A DNA stretch of 64,000 nucleotides from an uncultured bacterium. Its GTDB lineage: Bacteria > Patescibacteriota > Minisyncoccia > Phycocordibacterales > UBA9973. Both the position numbers and the translations under genes were made by a program. Position 1 is the stretch's first letter. Each line of letters opens with the position of its first letter. Under the pieces are notes generated by a model that saw nothing but the letters and a program-made list of their open reading frames with translations, did not search any database and was not told the origin of the DNA. This document shows positions 38,096-49,101 of this stretch, piece after piece. The stretch is from the NCBI GenBank assembly GCA_937903035.1, contig CALCZP010000004.1:12570-76569 (forward strand), given 5' to 3'.

Positions 38096-38171
38096 GGGCC
38101 CTTAGCTCAGCTGGTAGAGCAGTGCTTTTGCAAAGCAAAGGTCAGGAGTTCGAATCTCCTAGGGTCCACCA
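38096..38171 (+). tRNA. tRNA-Ala(UGC)
   Basis: Cloverleaf with G3-U70 pair, loop TTTGCAA, encoded CCA. Confidence 0.96.
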
Positions 38172-38223
38172 AAAAAGCAAAACCGCCTATGTGGCGGTTT
38201 TGCTTTTTTGGAGTAGAGAATGC

Positions 38224-38868
38224 TTATTGAGCTTTTACACTCGCAGATGCATCCACTTTCACCTCAGACTTTGCGTTTGCACGAAATGCTTTGACGAGCT
38301 TGTCGGCATCAGCACGAGCTACTTGGAGACTCGTACGCGCAAGCTTGATCTTGGCACGAGCTTCCATCCCAATTTTTTTATTTGCTTCTGCTATTTCTTT
38401 TGTTGCTCCATCAGTTTTTGCAGTTGCTGCAATATCAGCTGCTGCCTTTGCTTGTACCTTTGCATCAGCAACCTTTGCAGTGTAGTCAGCGTAGATTGCA
38501 GTCCATGCAGCAACATCAACACCATTTGCCTTTGCCGCATTGATGCGCGCTTCAAGCTTGGTACCAAATATTGTCATAACATCAGCAGTCGCAATGATAC
38601 GGTTTGTCACCACATTCACCATATTGATACCAAAAGCTCGAACCATACCGCGCTTCATATCAACATTTGCTTTCACATCTGCTTTGATATCCGCACGAGC
38701 TTCACTGCGCTTTTCCATTATTTCACGCACTGGCATGGTACCTGAAGTAGTAACAGCTGCCTTTACCCCCATGTCAGCATTCAGACGAACTGTCTCTTGT
38801 GCTACAGCTGGAGTTACAGCAATTGAAACAATAGCAGCAACCACAACTATAGAGTGAGTGTATTTCAT
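38224..38868 (-). CDS. Secreted alpha-helical Ala/Lys-rich protein
   Basis: Signal peptide ending AVA-Q; helical composition. Confidence 0.7.
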   Translation of the reverse strand: MKYTHSIVVVAAIVSIAVTPAVAQETVRLNADMGVKAAVTTSGTMPVREIMEKRSEARADIKADVKANVDMKRGMVRAFGINMVNVVTNRIIATADVMTIFGTKLEARINAAKANGVDVAAWTAIYADYTAKVADAKVQAKAAADIAATAKTDGATKEIAEANKKIGMEARAKIKLARTSLQVARADADKLVKAFRANAKSEVKVDASASVKAQ

Positions 38869-38869
38869 A

Positions 38870-39124
38870 TTATTGTATTGATTTCTGTTGAGTACTTTCT
38901 GCATCGACTGCTGCAGAATCCTGTTCGATAAGTTTGAGCTGTGCATCCATGGTTGCCATATCACGCTCCAGGTCATTATTTGAATTCCCTGTCGTAAGTT
39001 TTGCCTCTGTCTGAACAGTAGTCTGTTCTTTTTTTATTGCCTCTTTTTTATTGTGATTAAAGATTCCATACCCCACACCACCAATAACAGCAGCTGAGAG
39101 TATAATACGTGCAAGTAGTGGCAT
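38870..39124 (-). CDS. Small membrane-anchored protein
   Basis: N-terminal TM and short coiled coil. Confidence 0.6.
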   Translation of the reverse strand: MPLLARIILSAAVIGGVGYGIFNHNKKEAIKKEQTTVQTEAKLTTGNSNNDLERDMATMDAQLKLIEQDSAAVDAESTQQKSIQ

Positions 39125-39246
39125 ATAATACTAGTAGTTGATTAGCTAATAACCTCCTGCTGCGACGATTCGCAACATACCTAAAGTATACCACTAGACG
39201 TATCTGCCACCTGCCTTATATACTTTAGATACTAACTACATATCCT

Positions 39247-39921
39247 ATGCGAATATTACTCGTTGAAGATGATGTTGACATGCGTGAATTTCTCAAATCA
39301 CGACTTGAGAAAAAATGTTTTGCCGTCGATGCGTTTGCTGATGGATATAGCGCACTATATCAGGCAAAGATCAACGAATATGACCTGATCCTGCTCGACT
39401 ATGATCTTCCTGATACAAATGGGTACCGCATCTGTGCTGACCTGCGAGCAAGTAGGATAACTATCCCGATCATCATGATCTCGGCAACAACTGAAGTGCC
39501 ACACAAAATTGAAGGATTTGAGCTTGGTATTGACGACTATGTCACCAAGCCTTTTTTCTTTGATGAACTTTTCGCTCGTATCCAAGCAGTATTGAGACGA
39601 CCTAAAGCACAAGAACAAGCAATCCTCTCAATTGATGATCTCTCACTTGATACTATCAAACAAAAAGTGACTCGTGGCACGGAAAATATCTATCTAACTC
39701 GCAAAGAATTTTCGCTTCTTGAATATCTATTACGAAATACAGGGAATGTTATATCGCGAAGTACACTGATGGAACATATTTGGGATATAGATGCTAACCC
39801 ATTCTCAAATACGATTGAAACTCATATTTTAAATCTCCGAAAGAAAATAGATCATACTTCTGTACATAAACTCATTCATAGCGTACCAGGTCGTGGATAT
39901 AAAATAGAGCATATTCACTGA
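39247..39921 (+). CDS. OmpR-family response regulator
   Basis: MRILLVEDD, DLILLD, DDYVTKPF, C-terminal GRGY. Confidence 0.95.
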   Translation: MRILLVEDDVDMREFLKSRLEKKCFAVDAFADGYSALYQAKINEYDLILLDYDLPDTNGYRICADLRASRITIPIIMISATTEVPHKIEGFELGIDDYVTKPFFFDELFARIQAVLRRPKAQEQAILSIDDLSLDTIKQKVTRGTENIYLTRKEFSLLEYLLRNTGNVISRSTLMEHIWDIDANPFSNTIETHILNLRKKIDHTSVHKLIHSVPGRGYKIEHIH

Positions 39922-40820
39922 TGACTGACCATGTCGTGATTCGCCAGTACCTTACGATTGGCATGACCGGCTGTGCAGTTATTCACTACCTCTGTGTTCT
40001 AGGAGGAATCTACATTCTCCTGAGAAAGGTATATGCCTTTTATCAACAACGAAAATCTCGTGAGCAAGAAATACTCATCGAATGCGCAACTCGTCACCAC
40101 AAAGAACATCTGCAAGCAAGAAATCATACAGAAAAGCTCGCCCAGCTATATACATTTGTAGAATTTGGTAAATTGTCTTCAGGCTTATTTCACGACCTCA
40201 TGAATCCACTGAATGCTCTTGTAGGGACAGTTGAATCAATGTCTCATACCGAACAAGTACCTGAGCTTCTCCCCTATGTAGAAAAAGCTGTTATTCATAG
40301 CAAACGAATGCAACGTGTTATGAATGTTGTACAAAAACAAGTCGATATGAGTCTCCTTGAACGACCATTTTCCTCAAGTGCTGAATTACATGAAGCAATT
40401 ATGGTCTTGAATTATCGTGCACGAACAACTTCTACACGTATTAATACCTGTATTCGCAACAACCTCATTCTATACGGAAATCCTCTGAAGTTTTATCAGA
40501 TTGCAGTAAACCTGATTAGTAATGCGATTGATGCAACTAATACAATCACTGATAGAGAGCGGTACGTTAGTGTTGAACTACTCCATAGTCATGGAAGTGC
40601 AATCTTAAAGGTGAGAGACAATGGCATCGGCATACCTGCTGCATTTCATTCAAAAATCTTTGATCCCTTTTTTACAACAAAAGAGAAAAATGGTATGGGG
40701 ATCGGACTCTCTACAACCAAAGACATTGTAGAACGACATTTCAATGGAACAATCACCGTATCGAGCATTCCAACTATTGGTACTGTATTTACCGTGCGAA
40801 TTCCTCGAAAGAGTACCTAA
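39921..40820 (+). CDS. Sensor histidine kinase (single TM, no large sensor domain)
   Basis: HDLMNPL, NLISNA, DNGIG, FFTTK, GMGIGL. Confidence 0.92.
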   Translation: MTDHVVIRQYLTIGMTGCAVIHYLCVLGGIYILLRKVYAFYQQRKSREQEILIECATRHHKEHLQARNHTEKLAQLYTFVEFGKLSSGLFHDLMNPLNALVGTVESMSHTEQVPELLPYVEKAVIHSKRMQRVMNVVQKQVDMSLLERPFSSSAELHEAIMVLNYRARTTSTRINTCIRNNLILYGNPLKFYQIAVNLISNAIDATNTITDRERYVSVELLHSHGSAILKVRDNGIGIPAAFHSKIFDPFFTTKEKNGMGIGLSTTKDIVERHFNGTITVSSIPTIGTVFTVRIPRKST

Positions 40821-40873
40821 CAAAAACGGCATTGCTGCCGTTTTTGTTCCCTGTATTCACGCACTAGTAATTA

Positions 40874-41836
40874 CTATCTACTCCAATCACCCTTGAAAAA
40901 GTGGCGAAAGAATGAGCCGATACGAGTAAAGATGCCTTTTGAAGCTCGTACTTCATCAACACTGGTCGCATCAACTGATGTGCCACTTACCGTACCACGC
41001 ACTACCACACTCTCACCTACTTTAATGTCATCCTTGTCCTCATCGCCCACCACCTCACTGGTATCAACTTGGTAGCTTGTACCATCAGATACAAGCACCG
41101 TTAGTGAATTAACAGTCTTTGCGGTCACGGTACCTCGGATACCAGCATGTGCCATCTCTTGTGGAAGGTTCACCTCAACTACATTTGTTGCAGTCACTGA
41201 TGTACCATTCACCTTACCTTGAATGATCACACTGTCGCCGACATCAAGGTCATCCATGCCACCCTTACTATTCTTGTCTTTCCAAATACTCGCATCAGCG
41301 GTCATTACTGTGTAGGTCGTACCGTTTTTACCAACTATGGTGATAGAGGTATCACTCGTCGCAGTGATGGTGCCGATAATACCTGACATATCGTTCGGCA
41401 TGGGCTTCGTCACAGTACCTGCTTTTGCAGTCACGATACTAGTCGCAACGATCGTATTACCACTGATCGCACCTTGGATCACGACAGCGTCATTCACACT
41501 GATTGATGAGAACGAGATGTCATCGTTGCCACGACGAACCTTTGCATTGGAGGCATCAACGACATAGATCGTGCCGCTGTTGCCAGCCTTGATCGTAAGG
41601 GTCGTGTCAGTCTTTGCGGTCACCGTACCTACTACAGCAGGATCGTATGACCAATCTTTCCATCTGTCCCAAAGCTTGTCATCAACCTTAATACCACCAT
41701 TGAGCGTTATGCTTCCTTTGATAGTTGTATCGTTGCGTTTATCACCATCATTCGTTGCGAATGCAACAGATGCGGAGCTAGTAAACATTGCAAGCGCAAC
41801 AGTACTTGCGAATAATTGTTTGTATAATGATTTCAT
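40874..41836 (-). CDS. Secreted protein with three DUF5666-like OB-fold repeats
   Basis: Three G-T-(V/I)-T-A...V-x-D/E-x-V-x-x-x-G...AT units after a signal peptide. Confidence 0.75.
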   Translation of the reverse strand: MKSLYKQLFASTVALAMFTSSASVAFATNDGDKRNDTTIKGSITLNGGIKVDDKLWDRWKDWSYDPAVVGTVTAKTDTTLTIKAGNSGTIYVVDASNAKVRRGNDDISFSSISVNDAVVIQGAISGNTIVATSIVTAKAGTVTKPMPNDMSGIIGTITATSDTSITIVGKNGTTYTVMTADASIWKDKNSKGGMDDLDVGDSVIIQGKVNGTSVTATNVVEVNLPQEMAHAGIRGTVTAKTVNSLTVLVSDGTSYQVDTSEVVGDEDKDDIKVGESVVVRGTVSGTSVDATSVDEVRASKGIFTRIGSFFRHFFKGDWSR

Positions 41837-41980
41837 AAGCGTTTTATGTATATTACTACCATTACTGATAATGATTCGACTCATCTAGTAGTGACGACCC
41901 TATGGGGTGATACTTACATCTCTATGTGATTGACAAATTTTATATGTATACTATAGTGAAATCCAACTAAAAACTATTTT

Positions 41981-42151
41981 ATGCTCCTTGTATCATCTCC
42001 TTTTTTTCATCCTAACTCCAACTGGCTATGGGGAGGTCTGGCATTGGGTATTGTTCTAGCTGTAATTCTTGTATTTCGTACAAGAAAAAAAAGAAATAAC
42101 GCCAATCAAGACGATGAGACTGACATCATTCTTTCTGATGGTGATAGATAG
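41981..42151 (+). CDS. 56-aa single-TM protein
   Basis: Not in ORF track; MLLVSSPFFHPNSNWLWGGLALGIVLAVILVFRTRKKR...; TTGACA promoter upstream, hairpin 42163-42192 downstream. Confidence 0.55.
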   Translation: MLLVSSPFFHPNSNWLWGGLALGIVLAVILVFRTRKKRNNANQDDETDIILSDGDR

Positions 42152-42203
42152 CTCTCCATGCAAAAAGTCGTCCCTCCAAGGGACGACTTTTTTACTTATA
42201 CGA

Positions 42204-42458
42204 TTATGAAAGATGCTTTGAAACGAGCTTGGTCATTTCGAACATGTTCACGACTTTCTTACCATCGAACACTTTGAGTAATTTCTCATCGGCATTGATA
42301 TTGCGCTTGTTTGCAGGATCCTGAAGATCATGTTTTTTGATGTATACCCAGATTGCCTTGGTAACTTCAGGGCGTGACATTTCGTCAGCACCCACCACTG
42401 CCGCGAGGTCAGCGCTTACTTTCATTGGTTTTGAGAGTCCGGTGTTTGTTGTAGCCAT
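42204..42458 (-). CDS. SWIB/MDM2 domain protein
   Basis: MSRPEVTKAIWVYIKKHDLQDPANKRNINAD, MFEMTKLVSKHL. Confidence 0.92.
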   Translation of the reverse strand: MATTNTGLSKPMKVSADLAAVVGADEMSRPEVTKAIWVYIKKHDLQDPANKRNINADEKLLKVFDGKKVVNMFEMTKLVSKHLS

Positions 42459-42660
42459 AGGCCATACTATACCATATTCCATAGAAAATGGAATGAACCC
42501 GATTCTTTGAAAAAATTTGATGGAAACTACATGCCTTAGCTATACCTAGAGGCATTTTTATTTCGATCATTCTCAATACTCTGTAGTATATTGACTTTTA
42601 ATATAATTTGTGCTATTATATGTTGGAAGCTCCTTACAATCACCAACAAAAAAACTCCTA

Positions 42661-43293
42661 ATGAAACAACTAATCGCAAGTTTAGCTTTCTTATTTCTTC
42701 TTGGTACCCTATCTGCTCAAGTAATCTACCACCGCACAAAAAATCCTAATGTAGGATTTGGCAAAGCAACTGATTGTACACAAAGTCTCTATATGAACTT
42801 TTGTGTGAATGGTCCACTTGTTAGCCCTAACAAACTTCCAGTTGGTGGATACGTCGATAACGGTACTCAGATGAAAAATTGGGTTAACCCAGAAGATAGC
42901 GGAGGAAACTTTGCTGTCGACAATGCAATCTTTGGACTTGGATTTGATGGCAACCTCTACATGGTTTCATCAAACCAGAAAGAAATGGTACCTCAAATGA
43001 AATGGGCATTTCAAAATGGCCCTATCTTAGTAAAAGATAGTCTAAACATGAGAGGAACATCCCAATCCAAAACTGCTCGCTCAGGAATTGGATACAAAAA
43101 AGATGGCACTATCGTTGTGATAGTATCTATTTCTCCAATTACATTTTATGAGTTTGCAAACTTATTTGTTCAAGAAGGTTGCTCAAATGCACTCTACTTG
43201 GATGGAGGCCCCTATGTTGGGTGCTCAAATAAGGATACGACTTATGGAACGATGGTGAGCCAAGCTACTAAATTACAGTTTTTCAACAATTAG
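42661..43293 (+). CDS. Secreted phosphodiester glycosidase (NAGPA/YigE-like)
   Basis: GGNF, FQNGPILV, RSGIG, ALYLDGG; signal peptide ending LSA-Q. Confidence 0.8.
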   Translation: MKQLIASLAFLFLLGTLSAQVIYHRTKNPNVGFGKATDCTQSLYMNFCVNGPLVSPNKLPVGGYVDNGTQMKNWVNPEDSGGNFAVDNAIFGLGFDGNLYMVSSNQKEMVPQMKWAFQNGPILVKDSLNMRGTSQSKTARSGIGYKKDGTIVVIVSISPITFYEFANLFVQEGCSNALYLDGGPYVGCSNKDTTYGTMVSQATKLQFFNN

Positions 43294-43383
43294 TATCAAA
43301 TGAACCCACCGGCAAAACCTGCTTCGGCGGGTTTTTTTATTTTAATGATATTGATGAAGCTTTGGTTCAATATTGAAACTTTT

Positions 43384-43821
43384 TTATGTAAGGCTTACTT
43401 CTTTTCTTTTACTTTTATAAGCAAGAATCGTTAGCACTAATGCATATACAATATGCTCATCTACAATAGGGTTATTTTCAGGTGGTAATAATGATAGCCA
43501 CATAAGTAGCATCATAACTACACCAGCGATTGCTCCCCATTTTACAAATCTATTGAGCAACAGGGTAAGTCCGATAAATAACAGACCGAGCATAAACAGC
43601 CAATCAATACCAGCTACACCTGCAAGACTTTTAAAAAATTCAGCAAAAGGACCCTTGGTTGCAAACGATAAAAACCCTGTTGTTGGTGAACCTCCGTTTA
43701 TCCATGCATTTTCTGGTTTAGTAGCGAATCCAAGACCAAAGACCTTATCAAAGAACGCCCACAAAAAAATGAGTGCCATTACGATTCTCAATTTTATAAG
43801 TGCAATTTTTTGTATATTCAT
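43384..43821 (-). CDS. DoxX family membrane protein
   Basis: LRIVMALIFLWAFFDK, GGSPT.GFL, NPIVDEHIVY. Confidence 0.85.
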   Translation of the reverse strand: MNIQKIALIKLRIVMALIFLWAFFDKVFGLGFATKPENAWINGGSPTTGFLSFATKGPFAEFFKSLAGVAGIDWLFMLGLLFIGLTLLLNRFVKWGAIAGVVMMLLMWLSLLPPENNPIVDEHIVYALVLTILAYKSKRKEVSLT

Positions 43822-43860
43822 AGATATAGTATATTTTAACTTATTAAATTTATAAATCAT

Positions 43861-44250
43861 CTACGCTTGGAAATTAATTTCAAAAGGATACATACCCATT
43901 CCACAGCTACCCTTTAGTACCCCCGCCTGTTGGATCCCGAGATCAAGTTCGGTAACACCTGTTTGTGGCAAATTTTGTGATATGTTCAGAGATGGAATTC
44001 GTACGGAAGAAGAACAATCAAATGTACCTTTTGTAGTAACACGAAGCACTGTAGGAATTCCAGCTTTTGCATCAATACTACGAGGAGTAAACCCTCCTTT
44101 TGCCCGTAAATCAATAATTTGCTTTCCATCAACTACAGTAACAACATTTATAGGCACCTCTTCTTCTTTTGGCACACTATTTACCGCTACGAGTATTCCG
44201 AACCCAATAATTACGATACCTATAGAGATTGCAAGAATATTTTTTTTCAT
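43861..44250 (-). CDS. Cupredoxin domain protein
   Basis: GGFTP..I, C..S, SCGMGMY. Confidence 0.85.
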   Translation of the reverse strand: MKKNILAISIGIVIIGFGILVAVNSVPKEEEVPINVVTVVDGKQIIDLRAKGGFTPRSIDAKAGIPTVLRVTTKGTFDCSSSVRIPSLNISQNLPQTGVTELDLGIQQAGVLKGSCGMGMYPFEINFQA

Positions 44251-44252
44251 AG

Positions 44253-45293
44253 CTATAAATTAAATAAAGGTGGAATAAGACCAATTACCGCCAAGCTATT
44301 AATGAGATTGAACAGTGCAAACAGTATAACAATCAATCCTGCAGATTTAAAGAATATTCCTGCACGAGAACTTTTCTTGACACTAAATGAACTAAACCCC
44401 ACAAGGAGCAGTACCGGGAGCGTACCAAGTGCATATGCAAGCATGGTAAGACCGCCTTTCATAAAGGTTCCCGTGGAAAGAGTGTATATCTGCATTGACT
44501 GAGTAAAGCCGCACGGAAGGAAGAACGTCGCAATACCGACCAGAAAAGGAGTAAACGTATGTGTCAGCTTACTTACTGAAAATGCTTTCTTCGAAATCAT
44601 TTTTGGCATGCCCGGCTGCAATCTTTTTGTGAAATGGAAAACATCGAGCAAGTTTAATCCCATAAGAAGCATGACAATGCCGATTACGATACCAAGAATA
44701 AATGTTGCTGTTGTGTTGAGCGCAAAAGCTGAACCGATTCCACCAATAACACCTCCGAGAATAAAGAATGAGATAAGACGTCCTAGTTGAAACAAAATTT
44801 GTGGACGAATTTTATCCCCCTCTCTCGCAAATGTAGCTGACATTGAAAGCACGAGTCCACCAACTACTGCCATACATGTTGAGAGTGAGGCTATGATACC
44901 GATCACAAATGCAGTCCCGTACGACACATTACTTGCATCAACAAGATTTACAATCCCCATCTTTTGCAAAAGTACAAATAGTACAGCAAATACAATAGCT
45001 ATAGGAATGGCGATCGAAAACTCGCGTGTTCGTTTTGTTTTTACCGCAATCTGTTTTTGAGTAGAGACTGTATATCCATGAGATTTGAGTACTTCAGTAA
45101 ACCGCTCTGCTAATTCTTCCTGCGTTTTACCCTCAAACATACCTGTCACCGTGACGGTATGTTTCGAAAGACTAGCGTGTGCATGTTCTACTTCCGACAG
45201 TTCATTCAGTTCCCCCTCTGTAAGCAGAATACATGCCTTGCAGTGCATACCGTGTATATGAAATGTATATGTTTGTTTTTCTGTATTATTCAT
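44253..45293 (-). CDS. HMA domain + DsbD_2/TauE-like membrane protein
   Basis: GMHCKAC; STCMAVVGG; FLPCGFTQ. Confidence 0.85.
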   Translation of the reverse strand: MNNTEKQTYTFHIHGMHCKACILLTEGELNELSEVEHAHASLSKHTVTVTGMFEGKTQEELAERFTEVLKSHGYTVSTQKQIAVKTKRTREFSIAIPIAIVFAVLFVLLQKMGIVNLVDASNVSYGTAFVIGIIASLSTCMAVVGGLVLSMSATFAREGDKIRPQILFQLGRLISFFILGGVIGGIGSAFALNTTATFILGIVIGIVMLLMGLNLLDVFHFTKRLQPGMPKMISKKAFSVSKLTHTFTPFLVGIATFFLPCGFTQSMQIYTLSTGTFMKGGLTMLAYALGTLPVLLLVGFSSFSVKKSSRAGIFFKSAGLIVILFALFNLINSLAVIGLIPPLFNL

Positions 45294-45295
45294 AC

Positions 45296-47554
45296 TTATA
45301 GTTTTTTAGCTTTTAACCGCAATGAGTTTCCTACCACCGACACGCTCGAGAATGCCATTGCAAGCCCTGCAAATATCGGATTAAGCAGCCATCCAAATAG
45401 TGGATAAAATACACCTGCCGCAAGTGGTATCCCTACAATATTATATATAAATGCCCAGAATAAATTTTGCTTAATCCCACGCATCGTAATCTTTGAAAGA
45501 TTGATTGCCTTAACAAGTTTTGTAATATCACCGTGCAAGAGTGTGATTCCCGCGCTCTCTATAGCAACATCTGTCCCGGTTGCCATAGCAATACCGACAT
45601 CTGCTTGAGCGAGAGCTGGAGCGTCATTGACTCCATCTCCAGCCATTGCGACTACTTCTCCCGATGATTGTAATTTTTTGACTGTATTGAGTTTATCTTC
45701 AGGTGTTACTTCGGCAATGACCTCATCTATTCCCACAGAAGAAGCAATAAACTGCGCAGTATTTATATTATCTCCAGTTAACATGTAAACCTTAATTCCT
45801 TTCTTATGAAGCTCCTGTATAGCATTTTTTGCTTCAGGCTTTACCGCATCTGCAACCATAACGATTGCAAGTATTTTTTCTTTCGTAGCAAGTAGCACTG
45901 GTGTTTTTCCAGTTTTTGTCTCTGCCTCAATCATTGATATGTCTATAGCGTGCTTGAGGTTTTCCATAAGCCGGATATTACCAGCAAAATATTCTATTCC
46001 GAGTATTGAACCACGAATACCTTCACCTTTTACAATCTGGAATGATCCAACTGGAGGAAGTTGTATATCTGTTTCTTTCGCATACGAAACAATTGCATCT
46101 GCAATAGGATGTTCAGATTTTTTCTCAAGCGCAGCAAGTAGTGCAATAATCTCTTCATCTGACCGATCAGAAAGATTTTTTATAGACACTAGCTCTGGTT
46201 TTCCTTTTGTAATAGTCCCTGTCTTATCAACAACAACCGTGGTAACTTCGTGAAGTTTCTGCAACGTAGCAGCGTCTTTGATAAGAATGCCATTCCTTGC
46301 CCCTTTACCTACCCCAACGATAATTGCTGTCGGCGTAGCAAGTCCAAGCGCACATGGACACGCAATTACGAGCACACTTACAAACGAAAGTATTCCAAGT
46401 GAAAGTGCTTGTGAGAAGCCAAGATAGGTTGAGCCAATAGTTAGCCATGCAACTATTGAAAGAAAGGCAATGACTAGAACAATAGGAACAAACACGCTTG
46501 AGATTTTATCGGCGAGCGCCTGAATTGGCGCACGACTTCCCTGCGCCTCTTCTACCATTTTGATAATATTCGCAAGCATAGTTTCTGCTCCTACTTTTGT
46601 TGCCTTGAATGTAAATGACCCTGTAGTATTCATAGTACCTGCAACCACAGTATCTCCTTCCCCTTTTTCCACAGGAATTGGCTCGCCAGTAATCATAGAT
46701 TCATCCACATATGAAGACCCCTCAGCAACAACACCATCAACTGGTATTCTACCGGCGGGCTTTACAACAATAAGATCCCCATGCACCACTTCAGTGATTG
46801 GAATTTCAACTTCTTCTCCCTGACGAATAATAAGGGCGGTTTTTGCCTGAAGCGTGAGTAGAGCTTCAATCGCATCCCCTGTTTTCTTTTTTGATCGAGC
46901 CTCCAAGTATTTTCCAAGTGTAATAAATCCAATCACGACAATAGTCACATCAAAATAGGTGAATTCTGGTACACGCAATAGGTCGCGAATAGATGGTAAT
47001 AGCGTTATAACAACACTGTATAAATATGCAGTGAGCGTACCAATACCAATAAGGGTATCCATATTAGCAACCTTATATCGAAGGAATCTTGTAACACCTT
47101 TTAAAAATGGTTTTCCAACCCAAAACAATACTATTGTTGCAAGTACCATGTTTATTATATTGAAAAGATCCATAGGTATAGGAAGATTTGGAACACGAAC
47201 AAATGTCCGTGCGAGAATATCCCATAGCATAAGTATAAATATTACGCCAGTGATTGGCAGTACAAAATGTGTTTTCTGTTGTAATAGCACAAGTTCGCTG
47301 TCAGAAGTTTTAGCATGATCATGTACTCCAGATTCTTCTTCACCAGTAGACATAATCATATATCCTAACTTCTCAAGCTCTGTATTCATTACTTCAATAG
47401 AGGTAGCAGACGGATCAAACGAAAGATTCGCTTTTTCACTCACAAAATTCACCGATATATCACGCACACCTGGAACCTTTGAAACAGTTTTCGTAATTAT
47501 GGAAGCACAACTTGCACAGTGCATCCCTTTTATTGTATAGACATCTTTTTTCAT
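45296..47554 (-). CDS. copA: Cu(I)-translocating P1B ATPase
   Basis: [29 protein letters not shown] and MAFSS. Confidence 0.95.
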   Translation of the reverse strand: MKKDVYTIKGMHCASCASIITKTVSKVPGVRDISVNFVSEKANLSFDPSATSIEVMNTELEKLGYMIMSTGEEESGVHDHAKTSDSELVLLQQKTHFVLPITGVIFILMLWDILARTFVRVPNLPIPMDLFNIINMVLATIVLFWVGKPFLKGVTRFLRYKVANMDTLIGIGTLTAYLYSVVITLLPSIRDLLRVPEFTYFDVTIVVIGFITLGKYLEARSKKKTGDAIEALLTLQAKTALIIRQGEEVEIPITEVVHGDLIVVKPAGRIPVDGVVAEGSSYVDESMITGEPIPVEKGEGDTVVAGTMNTTGSFTFKATKVGAETMLANIIKMVEEAQGSRAPIQALADKISSVFVPIVLVIAFLSIVAWLTIGSTYLGFSQALSLGILSFVSVLVIACPCALGLATPTAIIVGVGKGARNGILIKDAATLQKLHEVTTVVVDKTGTITKGKPELVSIKNLSDRSDEEIIALLAALEKKSEHPIADAIVSYAKETDIQLPPVGSFQIVKGEGIRGSILGIEYFAGNIRLMENLKHAIDISMIEAETKTGKTPVLLATKEKILAIVMVADAVKPEAKNAIQELHKKGIKVYMLTGDNINTAQFIASSVGIDEVIAEVTPEDKLNTVKKLQSSGEVVAMAGDGVNDAPALAQADVGIAMATGTDVAIESAGITLLHGDITKLVKAINLSKITMRGIKQNLFWAFIYNIVGIPLAAGVFYPLFGWLLNPIFAGLAMAFSSVSVVGNSLRLKAKKL

Positions 47555-47568
47555 ATCTTTGTAATGAG

Positions 47569-48132
47569 TTAAATTGAATACCATGTTGACCTAAGACCTT
47601 TAAGTGTTTCTATACCCCCTTTGAGAAATGCTTCTACTCCATCTGCATTATTAAGAATTTCAGCCCTACTTGATTTAATACGTGTTTCTTGAGTCATCTC
47701 AATACCAGCTTCATGGTGTGCAATAATTGCGTTTAAAAATCTAAGGTCAAATTTTTCATCTTTTGGACCAAGGTTTGCAACAATAGGATCACGCACTTTT
47801 CTACTATCTCCGTACCACTCTTTTTTCCATGTATAAAGCTCTTCAATAAGCACAGGCTCTCCTTTCAATATATCAGCTGCGAGCGTTTGTAGTTCAGGTC
47901 TATCAGTATTTTTTTGGAGTTGCTCAGCAAGTAGCATTGCGCCCCGATGATGCGCAATCATTGCGTTAATATAACGCAAATCAAACGTACGGTCAGCACG
48001 TCCTAAATCCATTGTGTTTTTTTCATACATTGAAGTTCTATATTCAGGAGTAAGGGCATACCCAATACCAAGACCAAGAACCCCGGATACAATTGCTATG
48101 CTAATTGCGAAATATAATGATATTTTTTTCAT
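47569..48132 (-). CDS. DUF305 (CopM-like) copper-binding protein
   Basis: Two FDLR.(I/L)NA(M/I)IAHH repeats. Confidence 0.85.
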   Translation of the reverse strand: MKKISLYFAISIAIVSGVLGLGIGYALTPEYRTSMYEKNTMDLGRADRTFDLRYINAMIAHHRGAMLLAEQLQKNTDRPELQTLAADILKGEPVLIEELYTWKKEWYGDSRKVRDPIVANLGPKDEKFDLRFLNAIIAHHEAGIEMTQETRIKSSRAEILNNADGVEAFLKGGIETLKGLRSTWYSI

Positions 48133-48154
48133 ATAAATAATTATTTCTATTAAA

Positions 48155-48418
48155 TTACTTGCGCTTTAAACGATAAACTTGGATGATTTCTTGTGTAGCT
48201 TTATCAGCTTTTCCATCCTTAATTTGGTTAATTAAGCAATGGCCCAAATGATGCTCAAGAAGAGTATCCTCAACATTGGAAATTCCCTGCTTTATCGCGG
48301 ATGCCTGCGTGATGACGTCGATACAATATGTACCTTTTTCAATCATGTCTTGAAGACCCCTTACTTGACCTTCAATTATTTTTAACCGGCGTATCATTTT
48401 TTCTTTATTCGTAGACAT
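48155..48418 (-). CDS. csoR: CsoR/RcnR family metal-sensing repressor
   Basis: RRLKIIEGQVRGL, YCIDVITQ, HLGHC. Confidence 0.92.
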   Translation of the reverse strand: MSTNKEKMIRRLKIIEGQVRGLQDMIEKGTYCIDVITQASAIKQGISNVEDTLLEHHLGHCLINQIKDGKADKATQEIIQVYRLKRK

Positions 48419-48424
48419 GTACCG

Positions 48425-48453
48425 AGTATATACCCCCAGGGGGGTATTGTCAA
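48425..48453 (-). promoter_or_regulatory. sigma70 promoter with CsoR operator in the spacer
   Basis: TTGACA-ATACCCCCCTGGGGGTA-TATACT, 6 nt before the csoR ATG. Confidence 0.88.
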
Positions 48454-48603
48454 AGGTATTTTAAATACTTAAATATCGTAATAGCCTACTCTTCAATTAT
48501 TCTTAAAAGGTAACTAGAATTAAGGTTCTAATTTTAGGTGTGAAATATCGACTTATCCTTATTTAGGAGTACTATTTATAAATATAAATAAGAATAAAAA
48601 CAT

Positions 48604-49002
48604 ATGAAAATTGATGAAAATATTGAAAAATTTATTTTATCTGCCGAATCAAAAGCACTTGCAACATATGGCACAAACATAAACGTTGTTCCTGTATCTT
48701 CAATAAGGATTGTGGAAGGGAAAATTTGGCTTATAAACTATTTTCTTGATAAAACACTAGCAAATATTCTTCTTAACCCCTCGGTTTCTCTTGTATGCTG
48801 GAAAAAAATGATGGGATATCAGATAAAAGGAAATGTTGAATATATAACAGATGGAGAATATTTTGATAATGCAACCTCATGGATAAAAGAACAGCTGCCA
48901 GATAGAGTAGTAAAAGGTTTGTTGATTTTAACACCAGAAGAGATATACGATATTGCTCCTACCAAAGATACTGCGGAAAAGTTTTTAAATGAACTATCCT
49001 AA
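48604..49002 (+). CDS. Pyridoxamine 5'-phosphate oxidase family (FMN split-barrel) protein
   Basis: LAT..NVVP, KTLANI..NP.VSL, GYQIKG. Confidence 0.82.
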   Translation: MKIDENIEKFILSAESKALATYGTNINVVPVSSIRIVEGKIWLINYFLDKTLANILLNPSVSLVCWKKMMGYQIKGNVEYITDGEYFDNATSWIKEQLPDRVVKGLLILTPEEIYDIAPTKDTAEKFLNELS

Positions 49003-49101
49003 AATGATGAGATATCGTAAATACAAAAGACACCTAAAATTAGATGTCTTTTGTTCTGGTTACCGCACTCAGCGGGTATGCAATTTCAGTATAGTATATC
49101 G

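Noticed and set aside
37858-38745. 295-aa Cys-rich + strand ORF
   Set aside because: It runs through tRNA-Ala and antisense to two real genes.
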